A DNA stretch of 57,753 nt, counting the filler, from Sluysia triapertura (taxonomy: Eukaryota): NCBI GenBank assembly GCA_046118255.1. It is 4 parts of 4 records of this genome, joined end to end, with 100 filler letters (N's around TTAATTAATTAA, not from the genome) between each part and the next. Parts side by side here need not be neighbours in the genome. Positions count along the whole stretch, not along the records: positions 1 to 13,499 come from JBJNIA010036482.1; positions 13,600 to 26,409 come from JBJNIA010080707.1; 2 more parts are not named here. One strand, written 5' to 3'. The stretch's first letter is position 1. Each line of letters starts with the position of its first letter. The notes beneath the pieces are model-generated. The model was not told the DNA's origin. It searched no databases and saw only the letters and a program-made list of their open reading frames with translations. Below, one piece after another: positions 12,285-24,303 of the stretch. The position numbers were made by a program, and so were the translations under genes.

Positions 12285-12791
12285 CAATGGTGCGCAAACT
12301 AAGGAGTAGGACCCCGGATTGGGTCGCTAAAAATTTTAAAAGTAGTTAGATTTTACAAACAAGGTTTTGTTTTTTCTTTGAATAGTTTTGTTGTTTTTTT
12401 ACCAAATCAAGTAATTCCATAATTTACGTTCTTGATGTAGAACAATAATCAAGAATAAAGTTTCAAAGCAATTATACTTACAACTTCATAAAGCAATTAC
12501 ACATGCGCACTAGAGATGTTATGCTATTTTTTAGCTGTTAATTAAAAATAACATTAACAGACTGGTATCACAATCGCGAAATAGTAGCTATTAAATAACA
12601 GCGACGTTTTGAAAAAATATTAATATTTCACAAATATAATATTGCATTTATGATATAAAGAATTAAAATTTAATTTTGTTAATTTTTCTTTATTTTTGCT
12701 AAAGAAACATAACTATTGTTCATAATATTTAATTTATAAGAAACAGAAAAATACATTTTATTTATGAACTTAAAAAGTTTGTGCACGCTTG
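12285..12791 (+). mobile_element. hAT (Charlie-like) MITE family B, copy 1, with perfect 8-bp TSD
   Basis: Imperfect TIRs CAATGGTGCGCAAACT / AGTTTGTGCACGCTTG; ACTTATGC is duplicated at 12277-12284 and 12792-12799; interior is shared with 21051-21597 and 48204-48768. Confidence 0.92.
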
Positions 12792-12909
12792 ACTTATGCG
12801 CAGTTCTTAACATCTATAAAATAATTACTTTAGCATCAAATATGACATTTATCATTAATATTTTTGCAGCATAGTGTTACTAGTGTTTATTCCGATTTGA
12901 AATTAAATT

Positions 12910-13000
12910 ATCGAACCTGGGACATCTCGCTTCGATGCTCTGACCACTGAGCTATCAGCTCCGTCTAACAATTTTGTTTTATTATAGTCAATTATACTAC
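12910..13000 (-). repeat. tRNA-derived repeat or tRNA pseudogene (SINE-like head)
   Basis: Minus strand reads GAGCTGATAGCTCAGTGGTCAGAGCATCGAAGCGAGATGTCCCAGGTTCGAT: A box, D-arm (GCTC/GAGC) and B box are present, the anticodon arm is partly deleted and there is no acceptor stem. A truncated second copy is at 17088-17139. Confidence 0.7.
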
Positions 13001-13499
13001 CAAAATAGTAACCAGAAAAGAATCCTTAGACCAAGAAAGAAATGAGTTATAGAAATTTTATCTGAAGTATAGTGGATAATATTAATTTCTGAGATAATGT
13101 AAAATTAAACATTATTATAATTATTTTTCCTGAACGTGAAACAATCTCACTTATGGAACTTTAAAAGATTACAATAAGATTATTACTATCATGAACTGTG
13201 CTATGAACTTTGACATTTCAACTTATATGTACAAGTTATAATAAACTCAGATCACTCTATAATCAAACATCTTAGTTGAGAAGGACGCCTAAATATCGAA
13301 TAGTCGAACATGCCAGGAATTATTTTCAATTCATATAGCCATTTCGATATCATCCACAAATGTTTTTAACATTTTTTTAAAGTAATTTGAATTTTAATGT
13401 GACATATAGTGTAAGGCTGCTCAAGTCGTACCACATGCATTTTGCACAAACTACGGCGACAACAGCATATACGTCTGAGTGAGCTAAGTTGTGTGACAT

Positions 13500-13599
13500 N
13501 NNNNNNNNNNNNNNNNNNNNNNNNNNNNNNNNNNNNNNNNNNNTTAATTAATTAANNNNNNNNNNNNNNNNNNNNNNNNNNNNNNNNNNNNNNNNNNNN
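13500..13599. other. Artificial contig-join linker
   Basis: 44 N + TTAATTAATTAA (stops in all six frames) + 44 N; identical structure at 26410-26509 and 39396-39495. Confidence 0.97.
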
Positions 13600-14235
13600 A
13601 TTCTTGTTCAAAGTCGAACTTTTGGTTAACATCATCGAATGTTTATCATCAATTTCAACAGAACCGCCTTCATTAATTATTTCATCTGAAATATCAATTA
13701 ACAAAGCATTTTGTTGTTTAGCAACTTCTGTTGCTACAATTTCATCATAATTATATTTCACTTTATTGCCCCAACCATTAAATCCAAACTGCACAACAAA
13801 TAATTTATTATTAGTATTATTTCGAACATATATAGGACCAACATCACGTGCCCACACATCATTGTATTTTATGATATAAAAATCAATATTACGCATTGAC
13901 ATTTTTTCTTTTAACAATTTTATAGCACGTTTTTTAACTTTATCATCATGAACAATCAAATGAACCTTTTCACTCTCAACTAAAACTCGTGTCATTTCGA
14001 CCCATGTAGGTTCGATATTATTTCTATAAGGTAGACCATATGTGTATTCGTGCGGCCATATTAACCAAGTACCTTCATGCTCTTCTTTCTCATCTGGAAA
14101 AGTATACAAAATAAAGGTACTTTTATCTTCAACGGTATCTTTTTCAACAACGGTACTTGTTTCAACAACAATAATAATAATTACTATTACAACAATAATA
14201 GTCAATAATAGAAAAATTATTGAATTTTGTTTCAT
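13600..14235 (-). CDS. Agmatine deiminase / Porphyromonas-type peptidylarginine deiminase family protein with N-terminal hydrophobic leader; 3' end lost at contig end
   Basis: FPDEKEEHEGTWLIWPH, DVWARDVGP, FNGWGNK, EGGSVEID and LTKSSTLNKN match the ordered PAD_porph/AguA motifs (P.E...H..TW..WP, D.W.RD.GP, FN.WG, EGG, LN.NR). The frame is uninterrupted from the ATG at 14235 (MKQNSIIFLLLTIIVVIVIIIIVV) to the gap. Confidence 0.92.
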
Positions 14236-15359
14236 TAAGTGAATAGTAATCAAATGATTGAATTTTTGAACGACCAAGGATAAATATATATGTATATTTT
14301 AAATGATGGTGTGCATCATGATACTAATTTTAGTACTAATGTATTTTCTGCAATCATGAAATTAAAAATATTGCATCGCATGTATTAATATGTAATCATA
14401 ATATTAATAAACTTTATACAATTAAAACAGTGTATAAATCTAATAACGGAAGAATTTTAAGTAAAATTAAAAATGAAACCGAATATGCTACATTTAATTA
14501 GTTAATTGGAATAAACAATAGTAAGTACGAAAAAAGTAAAATTCTATTAATATAAAAATGCTGAAATAATTAATAAGCAGAAATCAATAGATAACTTCAA
14601 AATAGTTAAATTCATAGTTAAATTTTGTTTTAATCGTTTATTAATCTATATTTAATTAAGCGATTTTAGATGATCCCTTTTTATATTATATTATTACGAT
14701 TCATCTTTTATATCTCTGGGCATTTACAAAAATAAACATATATCTTAAATCATATTTAATAAATATTAAACAAAATTATGTTGCTGATAAGATTATTTAT
14801 GATTTTTTTATCAAAGGATGTTATTGTAAGAATGTTATTATGTTATTATGCAAAAGATGGTTTTAGTGTTTCTGCAATCTCTTCCCATTATAAAAAATTA
14901 ATTAAAACTTTAATTAAATTGAGATAATTTTAAAATACATTAAAAGACAATTCAACAAATTGCAGAATAAACAAAATTCAATTAAATAAATAAATAGGAA
15001 ATTCACTAAATTAAATGTATTATTTATTTTTGTAAATACTAAGCACTTAATGAAGTATTATATAAATAGGAGTAAATTTTATACAAGGTGCACAATAAAT
15101 TGTACAACTACTACAAGTAAGACGTCAAGATAATTTTGCTAAATTGGAAACTCGAGTTACATACTGTGATAATGAATACATCAAAATTTCACGTCCTATC
15201 CGGGATTGCAGAAGCAGATTTTTGATTTATAAATTTATAAGTTTATTATTAATAAGACTGCTCTACTTAAACTTGTAATTATTTCGACGGTTTGGTTTAA
15301 ACTAATCAAAAAATCTAATTAAAATATGCAATAAATTGTGTTTTATTGTAACAAATATT

Positions 15360-15360
15360 A

Positions 15361-15405
<45 letters not shown>

Positions 15406-15428
15406 GTTGTTGCTGTTGTTGTTGTTTC
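15360..15428. repeat. (ATT)n/(GTT)n microsatellite
   Basis: Trinucleotide run seen directly. Confidence 0.95.
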
Positions 15429-15485
15429 TAGTTTTCAAACTGACCTTCATTCAAACTAATTCGATATAAAACATGTAGTGTAGAT

Positions 15486-15681
15486 CATGGTTTCTCAACC
15501 GTTGGGTCGTGTTCCAGTATACATAATGTAATATATTATAATATAAATAGAAAATAAAAAGAATTAATTTATACAATCAAAACGTTAATTAGCACCAATA
15601 GTATATGTCTTTTTTATTTCTTAGCATTCCTTTATGTAATAAAAAAATTGGGCCGCGGGGTAAAAAGGTTGAAAAACGTTG
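15486..15681. mobile_element. Short hAT/Charlie-type MITE
   Basis: TIRs CATGGTTTCTCAACC / GGTTGAAAAACGTTG, subterminal GGGTCG and GGGCCGCG, and a degenerate 8-bp TSD GTGTAGAT / GTATAGAC. Confidence 0.8.
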
Positions 15682-17087
15682 GTATAGACGAATCCACTAT
15701 AATATGTTGCTTAACAAATTAAACTATGAAAAACGTAGCAGTTGTTTATCTTACAAATTGTCGCAAAGTTCTTACTCAATGATAAATGAGTAAAATATCG
15801 AATTACAAGGTCAACTTTTTACAATTTCGAATTTTTCTTTTATACGTCTCAAGAATTATAAATTGTTTCGAGGTAAAAGTTAAAACCTTCTTTGAGGTTC
15901 AAAAGGACAATACTAGTGTGGTGACCAACCCATTACTTTGTATCAACAAGATATAACAAAATTACTTTTCAAAACATTTCATAATTGTTAATACTTGCAA
16001 ACATTACAAACATAAAATTTCACAATATCAAAATCATATTCGACATCGAAACCATCAAACATATACTTAAAAATTAATTCACAACATATCACACATAAAA
16101 CCAAATTCCACAACATTTTACTTATTTTATTATCAAAACCTTTTTCAAATTTTGTTTCTTTCAGATCCACTAAAACTAGTCTTATTTCAAAACCATTAAT
16201 ACACATTAAATCTTATTCAAAACATTTTAATTCAAAAGTTTTCAACATCCAAACCATAATTACATTCAATGTACATTAAAAACTCTTTTAAAACATTTAG
16301 TCATTATCCTATAAGATTAGAACTACAATTATATCTTAAGTCATTAAATGTCTATTCAAATATTAATACAAAACTCTTCAATTTTACAATCCAATAACAC
16401 TCATCATTATCACTAGTAAAAAAACATTAAATTCACATTTTCAAAACGGAATTTCTGTAACATCTTAGGTCGTTAACTTTATAAAAATTCTCGTTTTCAT
16501 ATAACAAGATCAATAACAGAAATAAGAGTTATAAGAAGAAAGTTCATGTTATAAGTAATATTAATATTAATATTATTTAATTATCAGTTGACTAATCAAT
16601 TTACATTTGTAACTGCCAATAATTGATAGTTTTAATTTAAATAAAACTGTTTCATATCTAGTGAGGTGTCTGAGTCATCCGTTTCGGAAAATTCAATACT
16701 ACAATTTTCGATAATTATTTTACAAAATCAAAACCATATAAGACGAGTGTTTTAAAGCACTTCAGTAAACAAAATGCGATCATTGTGATTTTAATACATC
16801 ACATCAATTAACGAATTCATTGGAATTTAAAACAATTTCAATGTAAAGAATGTGCATAAAACAACATTGTTTTCATTCAAAACTACTTCATCAGAAATTC
16901 GACGTTAGCCATGCTGTAATTGTTTCGGTACTTTCGATATAACAAGTTAAGGGTTACGAAATACAGTGTGACAAAATAAATAAATATTTACCTACGCAAA
17001 ATCAAAATTTATGGAAATCTAAAGTAAATTTGACCCAAGAAGCGCTACACATTGTATGTTTTTTAGATGCAGTCACTGTATTGATAC

Positions 17088-17139
17088 ACCCCCGAGCCAT
17101 GAACTCTGTCTAACAATTTTATTATAGTTAATTATACTA
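17088..17139 (-). repeat. Truncated second copy of the tRNA-derived repeat
   Basis: GAGCCATGAACTCTGTCTAACAATTTTATTATAGTTAATTATACTA parallels 12949-12999 GAGCTATCAGCTCCGTCTAACAATTTTGTTTTATTATAGTCAATTATACTA. Confidence 0.7.
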
Positions 17140-19792
17140 TCATTATTCTAAATGGCACTTTAGGCCTTTACCTCAACTTAAAGAAAATAAATAATCGCTT
17201 TAGCCTCAGTGTTTCTTAAGCACATATTTCAACGAAGTAATAACATCGGTAACATTTGTTTCAAAGTCACAAATAGTTCTAAAATAGTTTGAGGGCAATG
17301 ATTCAAATCCAATTTATTTGAAATTTATTATTGGTTTATTTAACTTTTATTTAAATTAATTATTAAATCAAATAAATATTTATAAAATTATAAATCATAA
17401 TAAAATAATAAATATATTTTAAATAAATATAGAAAAATCTTAATTATCTTAAAATAAAATTATAAATAAAAAATAAATCTAGAATATTTTAGTAATTTTA
17501 AAGAAATATATTAAAATAATCTGAAATCAAAACGTAAACAAAAGAAAACCAAAACTAGAATACAAGAAACATCGAGGTCAATTCATCTTACTTAATTATT
17601 AAGTCAAAAAAGAGTACGAATTATATGGTAGCTTCAAAATAACGAAAAAATATGTAATTCAATCAATATAAATATGAAGAAATACATGAATATGAATGTA
17701 TTTGTGAATCCATACATTATTATCTTAATTTAGCCATTCTATCGCCATTACATGAAAAATGAAATTTAGTTAATAATATGAAATTGACCAAATAATTGGA
17801 TTGGTTATACTGAAAAATACTAATTAAATAATATATAAAATACAAATTTGGACTGATATAATAAGATTACTCGTATTTTTTGTTGATGTTGACCTCATTT
17901 ATACCATTATTGAATTCTATTTCATAATATAACTTAGTGTATTTAGTTAGTTAGTTCACTTTCTGAGTATAGATAGCTAAAGATATTAATTGACAAAAAT
18001 TATTTAATTTATAAAGCGATTCTTCTACAGCAAAATAAAATTGAGCAGTAAACGTCTCAGTGACTAACACTAAGTTAATTTTAATGTAAGATCGTGAAAT
18101 AAAACAATTTATCCAATTAATGTAATTAAAATGAGAAACTGAGGAATGTTTATATAAATTATATCATCAAACCAATAATGAATAAAGAAAAGATCAGTTA
18201 CTGGATCAAGTTATTGAAATATCTATCATTTTAAAATCGGGGTTTCGAAAATTAATTTAAGTGTATTTTGTTTCATTTTTTTAGGTTGAAACCTTCTTAC
18301 AATAATAAACCTTACCAAATAACTGAAAAAATGATTAGGATAAATCCTTTAAAACTGTCAAATTGTATCAGATTTAAGACAATAAACTGTCTTCATGCGG
18401 AATACTGCGTCAATAAAACCACGTCAATAAACGATGAAGCGATTGAAATTACAATTAAGATAATGATATTGTGTTCACATAAGATTTGTAAAAACTAAAT
18501 TTTGACAATGAATTTTGTTTGCATAAAATTGCATGAACAAAATTGTGAATTGTAATTGAACTGATGCTAGTTTAGGTGGAATGCATCATTCTAGAACATT
18601 CTAAAAGCTTCTATTTTATTTTTAGAAGTTTATTTTCTTTTTTGGAAAAATAAATATTTTTTTGTTATTTCGATGCTTGAAAAAATTATTTTTTAAATAA
18701 ATTTAAAGTTTTTTTTTTGATGACATTTTATATAATTTTAGAGGATTGTGATGACAACCTAACAAATAGAAATCTAAAATTAAAGAAACATTTACCATAT
18801 GATAAAATAAATAATTTCATTGCAACTTTAATATTATTATATGATGTATTCAAAGTATAATAAATTAAGTATAAGATATTCGGTAATCACATTGAAATAA
18901 ATCATCATTAAAGACTTACGCTTACCTTTATTTAGATTCAGTGTTCAGTACTCTTATATTACAAACACGATTGTTATAATAGTTCATTAAACATTAAACA
19001 CATTTTCTGTAATTCGATATCAATGTGGTGTCATTTTGCTGTCTTTAAACTCAGTCAGAATTTACGAATTATATGTAAATAATTTTGACTATCAGTCGGT
19101 CTATTAATATTCAACATAAAGCAAAAATTAATATTAAAAACAAATTCATAATAAATTATATTATATTATAATTATAATTTTAGTTATTGAGAAACATTAC
19201 TTTTATTTTTGTTTTTGAATTATTAAAATTATTAAAATTATGTTTTATTATATCAAGATCATTCATAATTTATGAAAATTGTTTGACACTTTCTCGCTGT
19301 TATTCTCAAAGTATTTTTTAATCTGAAACGGCACCGTTCTTCGAGATCAAGAAACATGAATCTTGGCTTTTCAAACAACAGCAAGTAGTTTATGAATATC
19401 GTGTAAATTGAAGAGAATTGAGACATTTATATTTTAAAAAACATTTCAGAGACGAAGGTTTTTTTTGTTACTTAGTTCATTTTTACATATAAAACATAAT
19501 TTTATCTACATGTTTGATGTAGACAGAACTTTGTACTTGTAAAATTAAATAAAATTATATAAATTATTGATTTAATTTCAATTTTAAATGCATTATTTTA
19601 TCGAATTATTTAATTTTTCAATTAATTAGTTTTCAATAGGTTTTTTTATTGCATTAACATGTTGAGGAATTTCATATAATATTGGTATAATTATAGGTAT
19701 AAATCATCTTGATGTTGTATGGAAGAAAACATAACAAATAAAAGTTTAAGGATTATAACTAGACGATTTGTCCCAAGGCGAAGCAAGATATA

Positions 19793-20302
19793 TAGTGATG
19801 GCTTAATTATTAGACTAAAACAGGAAAAATATACCATAGAAAATCTGTGGAAGATTGTCAAAAGGAGAGTTTCTAGCCATAAACCAACCACCAGGACGGA
19901 ACTTATTGAAACCCTGATAAAAGTGTGGCATCACGATGACGATATCAAAGACGTGTGCCCTAAGCTCATTCGTGACATGCGCATTTAAGGATCAGGAAAT
20001 TATTGGATAATAAACGAGGGCAAAGAAAGTATTAAATAAAAGTGTGTCCATATTTGATTCGTAGTAAATTGTGTTATCACATTCTACATGAATAAAAATT
20101 CTGTATGTTTTGGATCTCAGTATTTTTATCTATTATTTTACTTTCACCAGAATTTTTCGGAGAAAATAGTTATTTTCCAACATTTTACATTTTCCGTGAC
20201 AATGTTTTTATACACTTTTGATTAATATTTTCACCGTATCCTTGAAAAATGTTGAATTTTATCACAAAAATGGTCTCTAGTCTAATAATTTGGCCACCAC
20301 TG
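19793..20302 (+). mobile_element. Internally deleted Tc1-like transposon, copy 1
   Basis: TIRs TAGTGATGGCTTAATTATTAGACTA / TAGTCTAATAATTTGGCCACCACTG; retains the transposase C-terminus IENLWKIVKRRV...TTRTELIETLIKVW; homologous to 47205-47744. Confidence 0.9.
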
Positions 20303-20349
20303 CAAATTTTATAACATTAAAATGAACTATATAGTACAATAATTTATAC

Positions 20350-20650
20350 GAAATAAAATTGGCAGTACGGAAAACACCTTCCCTTGTTTCAAATCAATAT
20401 AATACTTCGACTGAATCTTGAGTATAGTTCATAGAAATAATCTCTAGATGATTCAATTTCTCCAGTTGTAATCTATTAGCGAATAACTGTAAAAAATCTT
20501 TAGTAAAGGAAATCGTTGCTAACACAGAATACATCCAGCTTTAAGTAAACTTTTAACATGTGCCTCAATTTTTAATAATCAAGAATGGCTATTATCTTTA
20601 AATGATCTATCACGATTTGGAAACATGTGTGTATAAGGGTTGTCGACAGA
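20350..20650 (-). mobile_element. Degenerate Gypsy reverse-transcriptase N-terminal remnant
   Basis: Broken frames give KIEAHVKSLLKAGCI, IDY, KLN and LKQGKVFSVL in the expected RT order. Confidence 0.4.
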
Positions 20651-21050
20651 TTAACGTCTTATTTGTTTCTTATTTGGATTCTATTATTAGAGTAATGTTC
20701 ATAATCTATAAACATATACGTAATACGTAACATTAAGATCTTTATTTATCGTTTTCGATAAGCACAGAATGAATATAGCCTACTTTTTTTTAGATTTGAT
20801 CATTGATTTCGCTATTAACATGATTCGAAACTATTTCTTCGAAACGTTTTCTTCGGCTTTTCCATCTTTGTTGCCACCTTTTTGGCAGAATTATTTCGAG
20901 TAGACTGATTTGAGAATTGGATACTAAGTATTGACTAAATAATCCTGATACAGACATTTTGAAACGGATTGAGGATTATGTTTTGCTGTTGGATTGCTCG
21001 TTATAGAATTGGAACGAAAGTCTTGTCCGACAGAAAATATTTATTTAACC

Positions 21051-21597
21051 CAAAAGCACGCAAATTAGGGGGCGCAAAAAACGTTAAAATTGTTAGATTT
21101 TACAAACAAAATTTTGTTTTTTCTTTTGTTATTCTTTGTTGTTTTTTACCAATTCAAGTAATTCCATCATCTTGATGTAGAACAATCATAGAAAATTCAT
21201 ACATCTGCACTAGAGATGTTATGCTATTTAGTATTCTGCTATATTTTAGCTGTTAATTAAAAATAACGTTAGCAGATTGCTACGACAATCGCGAAATAGC
21301 AGCTATTAAATAACGACGTGTTGAAAAAATATTAATATTAATATTAACAGACATAATATTGCATTTTTGATATAAAGAATTAAAATTTAATTTTGTTAAT
21401 TTTTCTTTATTTTTGCTAAAGAATTAGAACTGTTGTTTTAATAGTAGTTAATTTATTTAATTTATAAGAAACAGAAAAATACCATTTCTTATTAATAAGA
21501 AGTTTATTTTATTTATGAAGTTTTTTATAGTGGCATTATGATTTTGGAGGCGCCAAAAGTAAATATGTTGAAATGGGGGGGTGCAACTTAAAAAGGT
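21051..21597 (+). mobile_element. hAT MITE family B, copy 2
   Basis: Extensive identity to 12285-12791 (GTTAGATTTTACAAAC, TCAAGTAATTCCAT, GCACTAGAGATGTTATGCTATTT, TGATATAAAGAATTAAAATTTAATTTTGTTAATTTTTCTTTATTTTTGCTAAAGAA); termini decayed. Confidence 0.9.
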
Positions 21598-22027
21598 ATA
21601 TGGTATCGGTTTTTTGTTTTATGATTCTGCAATGAAGTTTTGCTGTGATTATTGTGGTAATTTATAAGATTTAAAATTTTTAATTTTATTATATTGCTAA
21701 GATAATACAATTTTACCTATTGTAGTAACGAGAAAGATTTTTATTTAAATTTAGTAGAAATCTAGAAACTTCAGACAAACGAAAATATTAACAAAATTTT
21801 TATTAGGATTAATTAAAAGATAAACATTCGTTTTTATGTTCTTATTTTGATTATGCCATCCCGAACGTGTTTTCGATTCACTTCGTAAAAGATTCTAAAG
21901 AAAATAAAATAATGTAAATATGTTTTAATGTTACTAATAAAGTTAATAATCAAGTTAAAATTAAGAATTAAGTGATGATGATTGTTACTATCGAATGGCC
22001 TTGTGTTCAGTGATGATATCGATTGCT

Positions 22028-22745
22028 TTATTCTATTGATATGATCCACTCAGATGTCGTCTGAGAATTCGGTTGCATTGTGTACATTACACATTCTCCC
22101 TTTCGAGTAGTTGCATATAAACACAAGCCGGATTTATCGTCCAATTCTGATCGTATTAATGGCATCATGTTAGCATCAAATTGAATGCTATGCTCTCTTA
22201 GAGAATATTCTTGTTTAATATCTGGTGCTCCTAATAATTTCAATGGTTCGCATCGACACATTTGTAATTGATTATGTTGAATTCTTTTTTTACTTTTAAC
22301 ATAATGAAGTCAACTTATAGAAATTTTAATGTCATATTCATATTATTTTTATTAAACTAATAACACATAATAAATAAGTCGTTATTACTGAACTTTAAAC
22401 ATTTTAAACTAATTTCTAACTCTTTTTCATTAATAATAATTAGTCTTAAAAAAGAGCATCATTTTTCTGTAAGTCTAAGTAAAACTCACAAGCGAGAAGA
22501 AATTTCGTGTATCTTTACGGAAAAGTGGTTCAACGACTCTGTTGCCAAGTAATTTGATTGGATGATAATTAAGACCAGTTATTTCTTGATAGCTGTAAAA
22601 CTAGTGGAATTAACATTTCTGAGTTCTGTGTGGATCGTTCTAACCACTATATCTATAAACTTTGATTTTGAAAAACTCGTACTTTGTACTTTTCCGCTTG
22701 ATGAAATTTTGATAACCTCTATTCCGAGATGATGACAATGTAGTG
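22028..22745 (-). pseudogene. Possible WD40-repeat gene fragment (two exon-like pieces, frameshifted)
   Basis: About 22490-22600 gives QEITGLNYHP and, in a shifted frame, SNYLATESLNHFSVKIHEI (WD40-like), ending at a GTGAGT donor near 22490; downstream ORF 22028..22261 looks coding. Confidence 0.4.
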
Positions 22746-24303
22746 ATTATCGTCATACTTTTGTGTGTGTGTAATTTTTTCTTTCATTTTCTTTTTTTTC
22801 TTTCAAGAACTTTTTTGTGTTACACTCATCACATTTTTATTTTCGTAACTTTTTAATTGGATCATAGATTTGTTGTCTGATCGTGTTGAATAATTATTTG
22901 CACACAATGCAAGAGGACAAAGTGTATACTAGTAATTATCTTGACAGCCATTGTGATTTTTACATGTAATTTTAATTAGCAAATTTATTATTGTCATCAT
23001 TAAAATATAATTTTTTTATTTTTCAATTTCTTGGTATTATTATCAAAATTCGAAAATTGTGGATAAATAGGTTTATGAGTACATAAAATTTTCGTGGAAA
23101 TAATGTATTAAAATTGAGGGGTGAATAAATAAATCGTGGAAGGATTGATTTGAAAATATAGAAGTGTTAAAATGAAGTGTTGAAAATGTTTGTGAGTTGC
23201 GAAGTTGTTATTGGTGAGTTGAGTTTTCTGAAAATATTAAGTGTTTGTTGTATACTGTGATGGGTTTTATGAATTATTGATTGTATCATGTGATGTATTT
23301 AAAGATTGTGCATTTGTGTTGAGCAGATAGTTTGTGGAATTGAGTGAATTAAAGTTGGGTTACAACATGAATATTTAGAAAATATTTGAGGACTATATTT
23401 TGCAAAAGATGATAAAAAAAACAAGAAAATTAAATGTCGGATAAAGTTTTATTTCTTTAAGACTATTAAATTTTAATACTTCTTTTATGATTGTTATCAA
23501 AAGTATTTTCTATAAATAAATGTGTTACTAAAAATAGAATGTGTTACTATTTTTAGTAATAAAATTGAAATTGTATAATTGAGATAAAAAATCATTATAA
23601 ATAATTAATTCTTGTTTATTTGTTGTATTATTACTTGAGAAAAGTGTAAGAAAACGATTTTATTGTTATATTAATGTATTTATAATTAATTATTTTCTTG
23701 GAATAAAATTTTAGTTATTGATTATTATTATTATTACTATTATTATTGTTTATTTTATTGATTTTGTGATTATTATAATATATTTTGAAAATAAAAGGAT
23801 TGTTCTTGATAATAAATTAGTTTACAATCCTTTATAAATTAATAAAGTGTTATGAAGAAAACAGTAATTTATTTCAGATATAAGAATATAAAAAATTGAT
23901 GTGTTATTCTACTTTCAATAGACAGTAGATCTTTTAAGCTATTTTTGAAATAAATATTTATATGCAAACATTCGCCAGAATAAGCAATAATCACAGATAG
24001 TTTCTGGTGAAAGAAAAAATACATTTTAACATTTAACCCCTTGAGTGGAGATGACTGGCCTTGCCCGCAGTGTATTTTCATGTTTAAAAACCATATGGAT
24101 TTCTTTGAATATGTAAAAATAAAAATATTATTATTGTTGTACATGGTCTTTTATATATATTCTAGCTAAAGTGGCTTCGAAAAGTATCCTACATTCTTCA
24201 AGATTATTAGTTGTAATAATAATAATTTTAATTATAATTATAATTATAATATATTAATTTATATTGTGCTCATATATACTGCAAAGTAAGTACTCAAAAG
24301 TGC

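Noticed and set aside
13000-13499. C-terminal half of the agmatine deiminase beyond the gap
   Set aside because: No open frame or H-x-D / GG-x-x-HC motifs were seen on the minus strand there.
13544-13555. TTAATTAATTAA palindromes as biological sites
   Set aside because: Always centred in 44N+44N, so they are synthetic assembly linkers.
23525-23559. 13-bp inverted repeat TTACTAAAAATAG / CTATTTTTAGTAA
   Set aside because: Short, AT-rich and overlapping a local direct duplication; likely a replication slippage product.
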